Below, piece by piece: positions 11,398 through 22,269 of a stretch of 64,000 nt of DNA. Source of the stretch: an uncultured delta proteobacterium (GTDB taxonomy: Bacteria > Myxococcota_A > UBA9160 > SZUA-336). The stretch is from positions 325,866-389,865 of the forward strand of contig CAVPHD010000009.1 of NCBI GenBank assembly GCA_963704165.1. The letters are read 5' to 3'. Both the position numbers and the translations under genes were made by a program. Position 1 is the first letter of the stretch. Each line of letters starts with the position of its first letter. The notes under the pieces were generated by a model that was not told the DNA's origin, did not search any database, and saw only the letters and a program-made list of their open reading frames with translations.

Positions 11398-12477
11398 ATG
11401 AGGATGCGCAGATCGCTGACCTCGGGCCTCGTCGCACTCGCCCTCCTCTTCGCCGGCACCGCGGCGAGTGATCCCTTTCCGCTCGGACCGCCGACGAGGG
11501 ACGGACCCGTACCGATCCGTGCCCGCTTCGACCTGCGCGATCTGAACAACGTCGACGAGGAAGCCGAAACCTTCGAGTTCGAAGGCGTGCTGACGATCTC
11601 GTGGCACGACACGCGGCAGGCGTTCGATCCGTCGCAAGCCGGCGTGGACGAGAAGGTCTTTCAAGGCGCCTACCAGTTCAACGAGGTCTTCGACGGCTGG
11701 TTTCCGCAGGTGCTGCTCGTCAACGAGTCCGGGGTCCCTGGGACGCAGGGCGTCGTGCTCCGCGTGAAGCCGGACGGCGAGCTCACGCTGATCCAGACCC
11801 TGAACGCGACGGCCGAGACCGATCTCGACCTGCGGCGCTACCCACTCGACCGCCAGCGACTCGACGCGGTCTTCGAAGTCCTCGGATTCGACGAGACGGA
11901 GATCGTCTTCCAGCTCGGCGCCGCCGAGTCCGAGCTTCGCGACCGAGCGATCCACTTGCCCCAGTGGGCCGTCCACCAGGTGCGAACCTCGGTTCGGAGT
12001 CGCCCCGCTCCCCATGCCGGTCGCACGGGGACGGCGTCCGCGCTCGTCGTCAGCGTGGATCTCGAGCGCGAATCCTTCTTCATGGTCCGCCTCGTGATCC
12101 TTCCGCTGGTCCTGATGGTGATGCTCTCGTGGTCCGTGTTCTGGATGGAGCGATCGTCGCTCGGCGACCGCATCAGCGTCTCGTTCATCGGAATCCTGAC
12201 GGCGGTCGCCTATCAGATGGTGGTGAGCGAGATCATGCCGCAGATCTCCTACTTCACGCTGATCAACGGCATTCTCAACCTGAGCTTCGTGCTGATGTGC
12301 GCGACGGTCGTGATCAATCTGGTCGTCGGCGCACTCGACAAGGTCGGCAAGATCGAGATGGGCGATCGCGTCGATCGGCGCTGTCGGGTGATCTTCCCGC
12401 TCGTCTACTTCGGGCTCGTCCTGCTGATGGTCATCGCCTCATTCACGCTCGTGCCCGAGACGCGATACGGGTCCTGA
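11398..12477 (+). CDS. Bacterial pentameric ligand-gated ion channel (GLIC/ELIC-like)
   Basis: Signal peptide; WFPQVLLVN; Pro-loop LRRYPLDRQ; four C-terminal TM helices; M2 GDRISVSFIGILTAVAY; M2-M3 loop MPQISYFT. Confidence 0.85.
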   Translation: MRMRRSLTSGLVALALLFAGTAASDPFPLGPPTRDGPVPIRARFDLRDLNNVDEEAETFEFEGVLTISWHDTRQAFDPSQAGVDEKVFQGAYQFNEVFDGWFPQVLLVNESGVPGTQGVVLRVKPDGELTLIQTLNATAETDLDLRRYPLDRQRLDAVFEVLGFDETEIVFQLGAAESELRDRAIHLPQWAVHQVRTSVRSRPAPHAGRTGTASALVVSVDLERESFFMVRLVILPLVLMVMLSWSVFWMERSSLGDRISVSFIGILTAVAYQMVVSEIMPQISYFTLINGILNLSFVLMCATVVINLVVGALDKVGKIEMGDRVDRRCRVIFPLVYFGLVLLMVIASFTLVPETRYGS

Positions 12478-12505
12478 GTCCGCCCTTCGACGAGGACCTC
12501 GCCGG

Positions 12506-13030
12506 TCAGCGCCGCGAGTAGCCGAGCTCTCCGAGTTTCCGCGCGATGTCCTGACCGGCGGTTGCGGTCTTCACGTTCTTGTCGATCGCGCGCACGACGC
12601 CCGCCTCGTCGATGTAGAACGTCCAGCGCTTGGCGAAGAAGCCGCCAAGACCCGAGACGCCGTACGCCTTCGCCGCTTCTCCGGTCGGGTCGGAGAGAAG
12701 CACGTGCTTCGCCTCGAGCGACTTCGCGAACTCGGCGTTCTTCTCCGCCGAGTCGAGGCTGACCATGAACACGGTCGCCCGGAAGGCCCCGATCACCTCG
12801 GCGCTGTCACGCAGCGCCGCGAGCTCGGCCGTTCAGCCGGGCGTGAACGCCTTCGGGAACCAGGCCAGCACGACGCCCTCTTTCCCGAGGAACTCCGCAA
12901 GCGAATGGGTCTTGCCGTCGGAGCCCTGAAGCGTGAAGTCCGGCGCGCGCGAACCGACGTCGGGATCGGCGGCGCGCGCGCCGTCCGCGACGCCGAAGAG
13001 AACCGCGAGCGACGCGAGCACGCGCTTCAT
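12506..13030 (-). CDS. Selenocysteine-containing peroxiredoxin (BCP/PrxQ-like), exported; Sec66 at TGA 12833-12835
   Basis: FPKAFTPG-TGA-TAELAAL places TGA at the peroxidatic Cys of PxxxTxxC; the frame continues into VSLDS, LLSDP, AKAYGV, KRWTFYID; SECIS-like hairpin follows. Confidence 0.85.
12799..12819 (-). promoter_or_regulatory. Candidate bacterial SECIS element
   Basis: CGGCGCTG-CGTGA-CAGCGCCG perfect 8-bp stem; apical loop starts 21 nt after UGA with G at loop position 2. Confidence 0.7.
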
Positions 13031-13446
13031 CCGGCGAGCGCCTTCCCGTGCTTGGCCATCCACTCGCCCATCGCCTTCTGCGCGGCCGGATCGAAGTCAT
13101 CGCGAAGCAGCGCGATCCGATCCCCGTCGAACTCGGCCGTCTCCACGCCGGAGATGACGAGATCCGGAAGTCCCTTCTTCGTGTAGGACACGGACCACGT
13201 CATCTTCAGCGTGTTTCCCTTCACCGTCGGCCTGGCGAAGTCGGGCGTGCGGCTGTCCATTCGGCGGTCGAAACCGTCGACTCCCGCCTTGAGCTTGGCG
13301 AGCACGGCGTCGCGACCGCGCGCGGCGGGGTCACCTTCGTAGACCGCGCCCGGCGTGAAGTAGGTCTCGAGTCGTGACCAGTCGTCGTCGACGAGGCTCT
13401 CTTCGAATGCGTCCGCGTAGGCGAGATAGCGATCCAGGATGGTCAT
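13027..13446 (-). CDS. SnoaL-like / NTF2-like family protein
   Basis: Short protein with FTPGAVY, GRDAV and C-terminal FDGDRIALLRD pattern. Confidence 0.7.
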   Translation of the reverse strand: MTILDRYLAYADAFEESLVDDDWSRLETYFTPGAVYEGDPAARGRDAVLAKLKAGVDGFDRRMDSRTPDFARPTVKGNTLKMTWSVSYTKKGLPDLVISGVETAEFDGDRIALLRDDFDPAAQKAMGEWMAKHGKALAG

Positions 13447-13464
13447 GTCGGTGTCCTCCTCGCT

Positions 13465-15061
13465 TCAGTTTACCCTGCGGCCACCCTTCCAGTACTTCTC
13501 GCGCAGCACGAACTTCTGCAGCTTGCCGGTGGCGGTGCGCGGCAGCGCGTCGACGAAGTCGACCGAGGTCGGGCACTTGAAGTGGGCGAGGTGCTCGCGG
13601 CAGAAGGCGATCAGCTCCGGCTTCGGTCGCCGTCGCGCCCGGCGCGCAGGACGACGAGCGCCTTCGGCGTCTCGCCCCACTTCTCGTGCGGCACGCCGAT
13701 CACCGCGCACTCGAGCACCGCCGGGTGCTGGTAGAGCGCGTCCTCGATCTCGGGCGAGCTGATGTTCTCGCCGCCGGAGATGATCACGTCCTTCTTGCGG
13801 TCGACGATGTGGATGTTGCCGATCTCGTCCCAGACGCGCGAGGTCGCCGGTGTGGAAGTAGCCGTCGTAGATGGCCGCGGCGGTCTCGTCGGGCTGCTCC
13901 CAGTAGCCCTTGAAGACGACGTTCGAGCGCGCGCAGACCTCGCCGACGGCGTTGCCGTCCCTGGGCACGGGCTGGCCGTCGTCGTCGAGCACGCTGGATC
14001 TCGACGCCGATCGCGGCGCACGCCGGCGCGGGCGCGGCGCGCCCAGTCGCTCGCTGCCGGTGTCGCGAAGTCGGGCTGCGAGACGGTGAGCAGCGGCGCG
14101 GTCTCGGTGAGCCCGTAGATCTGGATGAACTCCCAGCCGAGCTCCTTCTCGAGGCGCTCGATGAACGCGGCCGGCGGCGGCGCACCGGCGACGGTGAAGC
14201 GCGGCCGGGTGCGTGATCGCGTGCTTCGCCTTGTCGGGGTAGTCGAGGATCGTGCGCAGCACCGCCGGCGCCATGCAGGCGAAGGTCACGCCTCTCGTCG
14301 CTCGATCAGCTCGATAGATGCCGCTGCGCGTCGACCGCGCGCAGCACGACGTGGGTGCCGCCCATGCCGGTGAGCGCGTAGACGCCGCCCCAGCCGTTGC
14401 AGTGGAACATCGGCAGCGTCCAGAGCTCGACGTCGTCGTGGCGAGATGCGCAGGTGGGCGATGAGGTTGTAGGCGTTCATGTAGCAGTTGCGGTGCGTGA
14501 GCATCACGCCCTTGGGCCGCGCGGTGGTGCCCGAGGTGTAGTTGATCGAGACGACGTCGTTCTCGTCGTGCTCGACGCGCGGGCGGCGCGGTCGTCGGGC
14601 TCGGCTTCGATCAGCGCGTCCCAGTCCAGCCAGCCGGCGGGCGCGGCGCCGGTCGTCCTGCGCGACGATCCAGTGCTCGACGCTCGCGCAGCTGCGGGCG
14701 GATCTCGTCGACGACGCTCGGTGTACTCGTAGTCGACGAGCACGGCGCTGCACGCCGGCGTGGTTGAGGATGTACTCGTGGTCGGCGGCGACCAGGCGGT
14801 AGTTGAGCGGCACGAGGATCGCGCCGATCTGGGCTGTCGCCGTAGAAGCTCTCGAGGAAGAAGTGCGAGTTGGGACTGAGGATGCAGACGCGGTCGCCCT
14901 GCTCGACGCCGAGCCGAGCAGCGCGTGCGCGAGCTGGTTCACGCGCGCCTGAAGCTCGCGGTAGCGTGAAGCGCCGCTCGCCGTCGACGATGGCGAGTCT
15001 TGTCCGGGTAGAGCTTCGCGGCGCGGCGCAGGAAGTCGTCGACGAGCAGCGGGACTTCCAC
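13465..15061 (-). CDS. Long-chain acyl-CoA synthetase / AMP-binding protein (multiple frameshifts)
   Basis: GTG start [74 protein letters not shown]. Confidence 0.88.
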
Positions 15062-15073
15062 CGCTTCCCGCCC

Positions 15074-16156
15074 CTAACTCATCATGATGACGCTGCGCGC
15101 CACCTCGCCCGTCTCGAGCGCTTCGAAGGCCGCGTTCACGTCGGTGAGCTTGATCCGGCGCGAGACCAGGTCGTCGAGGTTGAGCTTTCCGTTCAGGTAC
15201 ATGTCGACGTACTTCGGCATGTCGGTGCGGAAGCGATTGCTGCCCATGCTCGAGCCCTGGATCTTCTTCTCGAAGAGGAAGTCGACGCCGGGGAGCTCGA
15301 CCTTCTGGCCGAGCGGGATCATGCCGATCACCGTCGCGGTGCCACCGTTCTTCAGCATCGCGAAGGCCTGTTCGGCAGCGATCTTCAGACCGATCGCCTC
15401 GAACGAGTAGTCCACGCCACCGCTCGTCAGCTCCTTCACCTGATCGACCGGGTTGCCCTTCTTCGCGTTCACGGTGTCGGTGGCGCCGAACTTGCGCGCG
15501 AGCTCGAGCTTCGAGTCGAGCATGTCCACCGCGATCACACGCCCCGCGCCCGCGATCGCCGCGCCTTGCACGGCCGAGAGCCCGACGCCCCCGCAGCCGA
15601 TCACCGCCACCGTCGAGCCGGGTGCGACCTTGGCCGTGTTGAAGACCGCGCCGACGCCCGTCGTCACGCCGCAGCCGATCAGCGCGGCGCGGTCGAGCGG
15701 CATGTCCTTGCGGATCTTCACGATCGCGTTCTCGTGCACGAGCATCTGCTCCGCGAACGAGGAAAGGTCGAGGAACTGCCACACGGGCGTGCCCCCCTTC
15801 GAGAGACGCGGGGCGTCGGTCGGCGCGCGGCGAAGCCCCTCTTTCGCGCAGAGCGCCGGACGGCCCGACAGGCAGAACTCGCAGAGCCCGCAGAAGACCG
15901 AGAGGCAGGTGATCACGTGGTCGCCGGGCTCGACGTAGTGGACCTCGGAGCCGACCTGCTCGACGACGCCCGCCGACTCGTGCCCGAGCACCGCCGGCAG
16001 CGGGTACAGATAGGCGCCCGTCTGGAAGTGCAGATCGCTGTGGCACACGCCCGCAGCGACCGTCCGCACGAGCACCTCGCGCGGCCCGGGCTTTGAGATC
16101 TCGATGTCCTCGATCGAGAGAGGCTGCTTCACCCCTCGCAAGACCGCTGCCTTCAT
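15074..16156 (-). CDS. Zn-dependent alcohol dehydrogenase (class III-like)
   Basis: GVCHSD, LGHESAG, CGLCEFC..C, GCGVTTG, GCGGVG. Confidence 0.92.
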   Translation of the reverse strand: MKAAVLRGVKQPLSIEDIEISKPGPREVLVRTVAAGVCHSDLHFQTGAYLYPLPAVLGHESAGVVEQVGSEVHYVEPGDHVITCLSVFCGLCEFCLSGRPALCAKEGLRRAPTDAPRLSKGGTPVWQFLDLSSFAEQMLVHENAIVKIRKDMPLDRAALIGCGVTTGVGAVFNTAKVAPGSTVAVIGCGGVGLSAVQGAAIAGAGRVIAVDMLDSKLELARKFGATDTVNAKKGNPVDQVKELTSGGVDYSFEAIGLKIAAEQAFAMLKNGGTATVIGMIPLGQKVELPGVDFLFEKKIQGSSMGSNRFRTDMPKYVDMYLNGKLNLDDLVSRRIKLTDVNAAFEALETGEVARSVIMMS

Positions 16157-16243
16157 GACGTCCCTTTCCTTCGCGCGGCGTCGCGCGGCTGCGATTCTGA
16201 AGCGATACGCGCTCCGGGTCAAAGCCGTCTAGAATCCCGCGCG

Positions 16244-17134
16244 GTGATTCCCGAGCACGAGATCCGACGCGAGCGACTCCAGCTTCCCGGTCGCGGCGTC
16301 ACGCTCGCATCGGTCGATTGGGGCGGAGAGGGTCCGCTGGCCCTGCTCTCGCACGCGAACGGGTTCTGCGCCGACGTGCTCGGCCTGCTGGCCGAGCGGC
16401 TTCGCCCGCGCTTTCGCGTGATCGGCTTCGATTCGCGCGGCCACGGCGATTCCGAGAAGCTCGAGGCGCCCGGCGCGTACGCCTGGGAGGACTTCGTGCT
16501 CGACGCGATCGCGGTGACCGAGCACGTCGTCCACGAGTTCGGCGCCGCGCGCGTCGCACTCGGTCTGGGCCACAGCTTCGGGGGCACGTGCATCCTCGCC
16601 GCGGCATCGCGGCGACCCGATCTCTTCGAGCGGATCGCTCTGCTCGATCCGGTGATCCTGCCCCGCGCGGACGACCCGAGCGGTTGGCGACCGCCGACGA
16701 ACGCGCCCCACCCCGCGGCCGAGATCGCGCGGAAGCGCGCCCACGTCTTCCCGTCGCGCGAGGCGGCACGCGAGAAATGGCGCGCGCGCGGAACCTTTGG
16801 CGATTGGGATCCACGCGCGCTCGACCTCTACCTCCGCTACGCCTTCGCGGACCTGCCGGACGGCCGCATCGACCTCAAGTGCCCGGGCGAGGTCGAGGCC
16901 GCCGTGTACGAGCAGGGCGGCGGCTTCGATTCCTGGCGCGAGATCGCCGAGCTCCGCGTTCCGGGGCTTTTGCTGCACGCCGGACGCGGGAACTTTCCGC
17001 TCCCGTTCATCGAGAAGTTCTGCGCGCAATCCAACGCGCTCGAGTGTCGCTCGCTCGACGCATCCCACCTGCTTCCCATGGTCGCGCCGGATCTCGTCGC
17101 CGACGAGCTGCTCGGCTGGGTTGGAGCGGCGTAG
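16244..17134 (+). CDS. Alpha/beta hydrolase
   Basis: [19 protein letters not shown] nucleophile elbow, C-terminal SHLLP. Confidence 0.85.
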   Translation: MIPEHEIRRERLQLPGRGVTLASVDWGGEGPLALLSHANGFCADVLGLLAERLRPRFRVIGFDSRGHGDSEKLEAPGAYAWEDFVLDAIAVTEHVVHEFGAARVALGLGHSFGGTCILAAASRRPDLFERIALLDPVILPRADDPSGWRPPTNAPHPAAEIARKRAHVFPSREAAREKWRARGTFGDWDPRALDLYLRYAFADLPDGRIDLKCPGEVEAAVYEQGGGFDSWREIAELRVPGLLLHAGRGNFPLPFIEKFCAQSNALECRSLDASHLLPMVAPDLVADELLGWVGAA

Positions 17135-17138
17135 CGCG

Positions 17139-19489
17139 ATGGCGAACGGCAGCGCCCCTGGAGCGTTGATCGGCGGAGGGCTCGGAACCGGACGCGCGGG
17201 CTTCGGAACCGGCGCGGTCTTCCTGACCACGCTCTCGACGATCCTCGGCGCGATCCTGTTCCTGCGGCTCGGCTACGCCGTCGCACACGTCAGCCTGCTC
17301 GGGACGCTGGCGATCATCGTGCTCGGGCACCTCGTCACCGTGCCGACCTCGATGGCGATCGCGGAGATCGCCACCAACCAGCGCGTCGAGGGCGGCGGCG
17401 TCTACTTCATGCTCTCGCGTTCCTTCGGCCTCGTGATCGGCGGCGCGATCGGAATTGCGCTCTACCTCTCGCAGGCGATCAGCATCGCGTTCTACGTGAT
17501 CGCCTTCGCCGAGGCGTTCAAACCGGTCTTCGCCTGGCTCGACGCCGCCTACGGCATCGCACTCCTCGATCTGCGCATCGTCAGCGTTCCCAGCATGCTC
17601 GTGATCGCCGCGCTCATGCGCGCGCGCGGGGCGGCCATGGGACTCAGCGTGCTCTACGTGGTGATCGCGACGCTCTTCGCGTCGCTCGCGCTCTTCTTCG
17701 CCGGGCCTGCCATCCAGAGCGTGGACTTCGACGTGGCGGTCGCCACCGTCGAGAACTCGGACTCGTTCTTCAGGGTCTTTGCGATCTGCTTCCCGGCCTT
17801 CACCGGACTCACCGCGGGCGTGGGTCTCTCGGGAGATCTGCGCGACCCGAAACGCTCGATCCCGCTCGGAACCCTCGGAGCCGTCGTCACGGGCCTCGCG
17901 GTCTACCTGCTCGTCGCCTGGAAGCTGGCCTCCTCGGCCACACCGGATCAGCTCGCCGGCGACGCGCTGATCATGTCGCAGATCGCGCTCTTGGTCCGAT
18001 CATCCCGATCGGGCTCGCGGCCGCGACGCTCTCGTCGGCGCTCGGCTCGGTCTTGGTCGCGCCGCGCACGATCCAGGCGGTGGCGATCGACGGCGCCTTT
18101 CCGTCACGTGGCATCGGAGGCTGGCTCGCGAAGACGCGCGAGCGCGACGACGAGCCGGTGAACGCGTCATTGGTGACCTGTGCGATCGCGCTCGTCTTCG
18201 TGCTGATCGGCGACGTCGACTTCGTCGCCCAGATCATCACGATGTTCTTCATGGTGACCTACGGCGCGATCTGCCTGGTCTCGTTCTTCGAGCACTTCGC
18301 CTCCGATCCCTCGTATCGCCCGGCCTTTCGCTCGCGTTGGTGGGTCTCGCTTCCCGGTGCCGTCCTGTGCGCGATCCTGATGGTGCAGATCAGCGTCGGC
18401 TACGCGGTGCTCGCGGTCGCGCTTCTGCTCCTGCTCTTCGCGGTCGTCCGACAGTACCTGCGCGACGTCACGAGCCCGGTCGATCTCTTCCAGGGCGCGA
18501 TCTTCCAGGTGAGCCGCCGGCTGCAGCTCCGGATCCAGCGCACGCAGCGCGGCCGCGAGAGCGTGAACTGGCGTCCGGCCGCGGTCTGTCTCTCGGACTC
18601 GAGCTTCCGGCGCACGGGCGTGCTCGACGTCCTGCGCTGGATCGCCCACCGCCACGGCTTCGCGACCTACATCCACTTCCTGGAAGGCTATCTCTCGAAG
18701 AGCACGCACGAAGAGGCGCAAGAGATCCTCGAGCGCGTGATCCGACTCGTCGAGGGCAGCAAGGGGAACATCTACGTCGATACGATGGTGAGCCCTTCGT
18801 TCACGTCGGCGTTCTCGCAGCTGATCCAGCTTCCCGGAATCGCCGGGAAGGACAACAACCTGGTGATCTTCGACTTCGAGAAGTCCGACCCGTCGCCGCT
18901 CGACCACGCCGTCGAGCACATTCCGATGGCGCTCGCGACCGACTTCGACGTCTGCGTCCTGGGGTTGGCCGAGCGCGGCTTCGGCTACCGGCGCGAGATC
19001 CACCTGTGGATCAAGCCGGGCGACTACGAGAACGCGAACTTGATCGTGCTGCTCGCGTACATCCTGGGCGCGCACCCCGACTGGCAGCAGGCCGAGATCA
19101 AGATGTTCGAGATCGTGCCCGAGAGCGAACGCGAGCAACGCGGCGAGGAGATGCGGGCGCTGGTGACCTCGGGCCGGTTGCCGATCTCGCCGCGAAACAT
19201 CGAGGCGATCGCGCCCAAGAACGGCGAGGATCCCTCGTCGATCATGGCGGAGCGGTCTCGCGACGCGGATCTCGTGATCATGGGCTTCCGACGCGAGATC
19301 CTGCGCCGCCAGGGCCGTGCGCTCTTCGAACGCTACAGCGAGCTGCCGACCACGCTCTTCGTCTGCGCGGTCGCCCAGATCGAGATGGAACGAAGCTCCG
19401 CGCCCGCCGGGTCCGACAGCGGTGAAGAGCCGGCGGGCGAGGACGACTCGGCACCGGACGCGCGCGCCGAAGCCGGACGCAGGGCTTGA
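17139..19489 (+). CDS. Cation-chloride cotransporter (SLC12)-like APC permease; single frameshift near 17990
   Basis: STILGAILFLR, GGGVYFMLSRSFG, FPAFTG..AGVGLSGDLRDPKRSIPLGT, TLSSALGS, NWRP; cytoplasmic C-terminal domain. Confidence 0.82.
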
Positions 19490-21705
19490 GCGAAGAGGAT
19501 TCGAACCGGACGCTCGGTCTCTTCGGTGCGATCGGCGTCGGCGTCGGAGCGATCGTCGGAGGAGGCATCCTCGCGCTCGCCGGCGCCGCCTTCGCGGCCA
19601 CCGGTCCGAGCGCGATCGTCGCCTTCGCGGCGAACGGCGCGATCGCCCTCGTCACCGCCCATAGCTTCGGTCAGCTCGCCTCGCGGTTTCCCGAATCCGG
19701 CGGCACGTACACGTTCGCGAAGAAGGTCCTCTCGGTCGAAGCGGCGTTCCTGGTCGGATGGGTGGTGTGGTTCGCCTCGATCGTCGCCGCGGTTCTGTAC
19801 GCGCTCGGCTTCGCGGCGTTTGCGCTCGTCGTGATCGAGCGCCTGCTCGAGGCTTCCGGCGCGGGCTTGCCGGGCTGGCTCTCGGGGCGCGAAGCGCTGG
19901 TCGCGTTGGCCGCAGCCGCGACGCTGTACTACGCGCTGAGCCTGTGGCGCCGGAGCGCCGGCGGCGGCCCGTGGGTCTCGGTCGCGAAGGTGGGGGTCTT
20001 CGCGCTCGTCATCGCCGGCGGCATCTTCGCGTTCGCGACCGCACCGCCGCCCGATCTCGGCGCGCAGCTCACCCCGTTCTTCTCCGGCGGCGCGCTCGGG
20101 CTGATCTCCGCGATGGGGTACACGTTCATCGCTCTGCAGGGCTTCGACTTGATCGCGGCCGTCGGCGGCGAGGTCCGGGATCCCGAACGGAACCTGCCGC
20201 GCGCGATGCGGATCTCGCTCGTGATCGCGCTCGCGATCTACCTGCCCCTCCTGTTCCTCGCGACGACGGTCGGGATCGAGCCCGGGGAATCGATCGCCGC
20301 CGCAAGCGCCGCCGCTCCGGAAACGATCGTCGCGCGCGCGGCCGAGCGCTTCCTCGGCCCGCTCGGGTACTGGCTCGTGGTCGTCGCGGCGATCCTGGCG
20401 ATGCTGAGCGCGCTTCAGGCCAATCTCTTCGGAGCCTCGCGCGTGGCGCTCGCGATGGCACGCGACCGCACCCTGCCCGAGGTCGTCGGCCGACTCCGAT
20501 TGGTGTCGGGGACTCCGGGCAACGCGGTGCTCGCGACGAGCGCCGCCGTGATCGCGATCGCGATCGCGATTCCCGACGTCAGCGACGCGGGCGCCGCCTC
20601 GAGCCTGATCTTCCTGATCACGTTCGCGATCGCACACTGGACGAATCTCCTGGTGTTGCGACGATCGGGCGCGGCGCTGGCTCCCGGCCTGCGCGCGTGG
20701 CCCGTCCTTCCGATCCTCGGCGGCGTCGCGTGCCTCTCGCTCGCGGCCTTCCAGGGTTTCGCGGTCACGTCGGCCGGTGCGCTGACCGCGGTCTGGCTCG
20801 TACTCGGCTTCGCGTTCTATCTGACCGTGCTCGCACCGCGTGCGCGCGTCGCCGATGCCGCCGCGTTGGCCTTCGATCCGAATCTCGTTCAGCTCCGGGG
20901 CCTGAGCCCGCTCGTCCTGGTTCCGATCTCCAACCCCGCGAGCGCGCGGGGGTTGATCGGCGTGGCGGGCGCGCTCGTGACGCCCCACGTCGGCCGGACG
21001 CTCGTGCTCTCGGTCGTGCATCCCCCGGACGATCCACGCCTCGAGGATCTGAAGCGCGTTCGCGATCTGCTCGAGCTTCTGTCCGAATCGTTTCACGCCT
21101 CGTTCGAACGAGAGCTGACTCCGGAGACGTTGATCACCGTCGGCGCGGATCCCTGGATCGAGATCGCGCGCGTCGCGCGCTCCCATCGCTGCGAGAGCCT
21201 GCTGATCGGACTCAGCCGCCTCGAAGGCAAGGTCGTGGCCGCGCGCATCGAGGAGCTGATGGCGCGGGTCGCGTGCGACGTCGTCGTCCTGCGCGCCGCG
21301 CCGGAGTGGCGTCTGATCAGCGCGCGCCGCGTGCTCGTGCCCGTCGGCGGCCGCCGCGACCAGAGCCTCGTGCGCGCGCGCCTGCTCGGAAGCATGCTGC
21401 GCACGGCGCCGCGCGAGGTCTGCTTCCTGCGCGTGATGTCCCCGCGGGCCAGCGATGGCGAATGCGCGCTGGCCGAACGGGAGCTTCGCTCGCTCGCGCG
21501 CGACGAGCTCCCCGGAGCCGCGAAGTTCGAGCTCGTGCGCGCCGACGATCCCGGAAGCGAGCTCGTGCGCCGTGCCGCGGACTACGATCTGGTGGTGCTC
21601 GGAGCGCAGCGTCGGCACCGCCACGACAAGGCCTTCGGCGAGATCCCGATGCGCATCGCGCGCGAGACCGACCGCGCGCTGATACTGATCAGCCGAGCGG
21701 GCTGA
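19486..21705 (+). CDS. APC-family amino acid permease with C-terminal USP-like domains
   Basis: GVGAIVGGGI, FPESGGTY, GFDLIAAVGGEVRDPERNLP; C-terminal VLVPISNP and VLVPVGG USP-like segments; overlaps the upstream stop. Confidence 0.85.
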   Translation: MSEEDSNRTLGLFGAIGVGVGAIVGGGILALAGAAFAATGPSAIVAFAANGAIALVTAHSFGQLASRFPESGGTYTFAKKVLSVEAAFLVGWVVWFASIVAAVLYALGFAAFALVVIERLLEASGAGLPGWLSGREALVALAAAATLYYALSLWRRSAGGGPWVSVAKVGVFALVIAGGIFAFATAPPPDLGAQLTPFFSGGALGLISAMGYTFIALQGFDLIAAVGGEVRDPERNLPRAMRISLVIALAIYLPLLFLATTVGIEPGESIAAASAAAPETIVARAAERFLGPLGYWLVVVAAILAMLSALQANLFGASRVALAMARDRTLPEVVGRLRLVSGTPGNAVLATSAAVIAIAIAIPDVSDAGAASSLIFLITFAIAHWTNLLVLRRSGAALAPGLRAWPVLPILGGVACLSLAAFQGFAVTSAGALTAVWLVLGFAFYLTVLAPRARVADAAALAFDPNLVQLRGLSPLVLVPISNPASARGLIGVAGALVTPHVGRTLVLSVVHPPDDPRLEDLKRVRDLLELLSESFHASFERELTPETLITVGADPWIEIARVARSHRCESLLIGLSRLEGKVVAARIEELMARVACDVVVLRAAPEWRLISARRVLVPVGGRRDQSLVRARLLGSMLRTAPREVCFLRVMSPRASDGECALAERELRSLARDELPGAAKFELVRADDPGSELVRRAADYDLVVLGAQRRHRHDKAFGEIPMRIARETDRALILISRAG

Positions 21706-22264
21706 CCGCTCTTCGCGCGACGATCCGCGCCTGGCAGCGGTCGTGCAGCCAGCCCTCCCGGTAGTAGACGACCTCGAGCGAGGCGCAGAGGCGGAGCAGT
21801 TCGTTCGGTTCGAGGAGGAATCGCCGCGACGGCCTTGCGTGTCTCTCCAGGTTTCGAACGGTCGAGATCTCGCAGACCAGAACGCCGCCGGGTTCGAGCC
21901 GCGCACCGAGCCCGGCGAAGAGATCGCGCTGCAGGTAGTGGAAGCAGCTGATCGCGTCGAAGGCCAGAGCCGGTAGCGACTCGGTCTCGAGGTCGAGCGC
22001 GTGGGTGCGGAGCTCGAGCCCCTCTCGCGACGCGGCGACGCTCGCGCGTTCGAGTCCTGCGGCCGAGATGTCGGCCGCGTGCGCTTCCATCCCGCGACGG
22101 GCCCAGTAGAGCGCCATGCGGCCCGCGCCGGCGGCGATGTCGAGCGCGCGTCCGGCGCGCGGCAGCTCGGCATCGACCTCGAGCAGCCATTCCGGCGCGG
22201 CTTCGCCCTCGTGCGCGTTCTCGCGCCAGATCCGGTCCCAGCGCTCTCGCTCCGCGTCCGCCAT
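21689..22264 (-). CDS. Class I SAM-dependent methyltransferase (TehB-like)
   Basis: ERWDRIW, ALDIAAGAGR, ADIS, FDAISCFHYLQR, LEPGG. Confidence 0.85.
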   Translation of the reverse strand: MADAERERWDRIWRENAHEGEAAPEWLLEVDAELPRAGRALDIAAGAGRMALYWARRGMEAHAADISAAGLERASVAASREGLELRTHALDLETESLPALAFDAISCFHYLQRDLFAGLGARLEPGGVLVCEISTVRNLERHARPSRRFLLEPNELLRLCASLEVVYYREGWLHDRCQARIVARRAVSPLG

Positions 22265-22269
22265 CCGGA

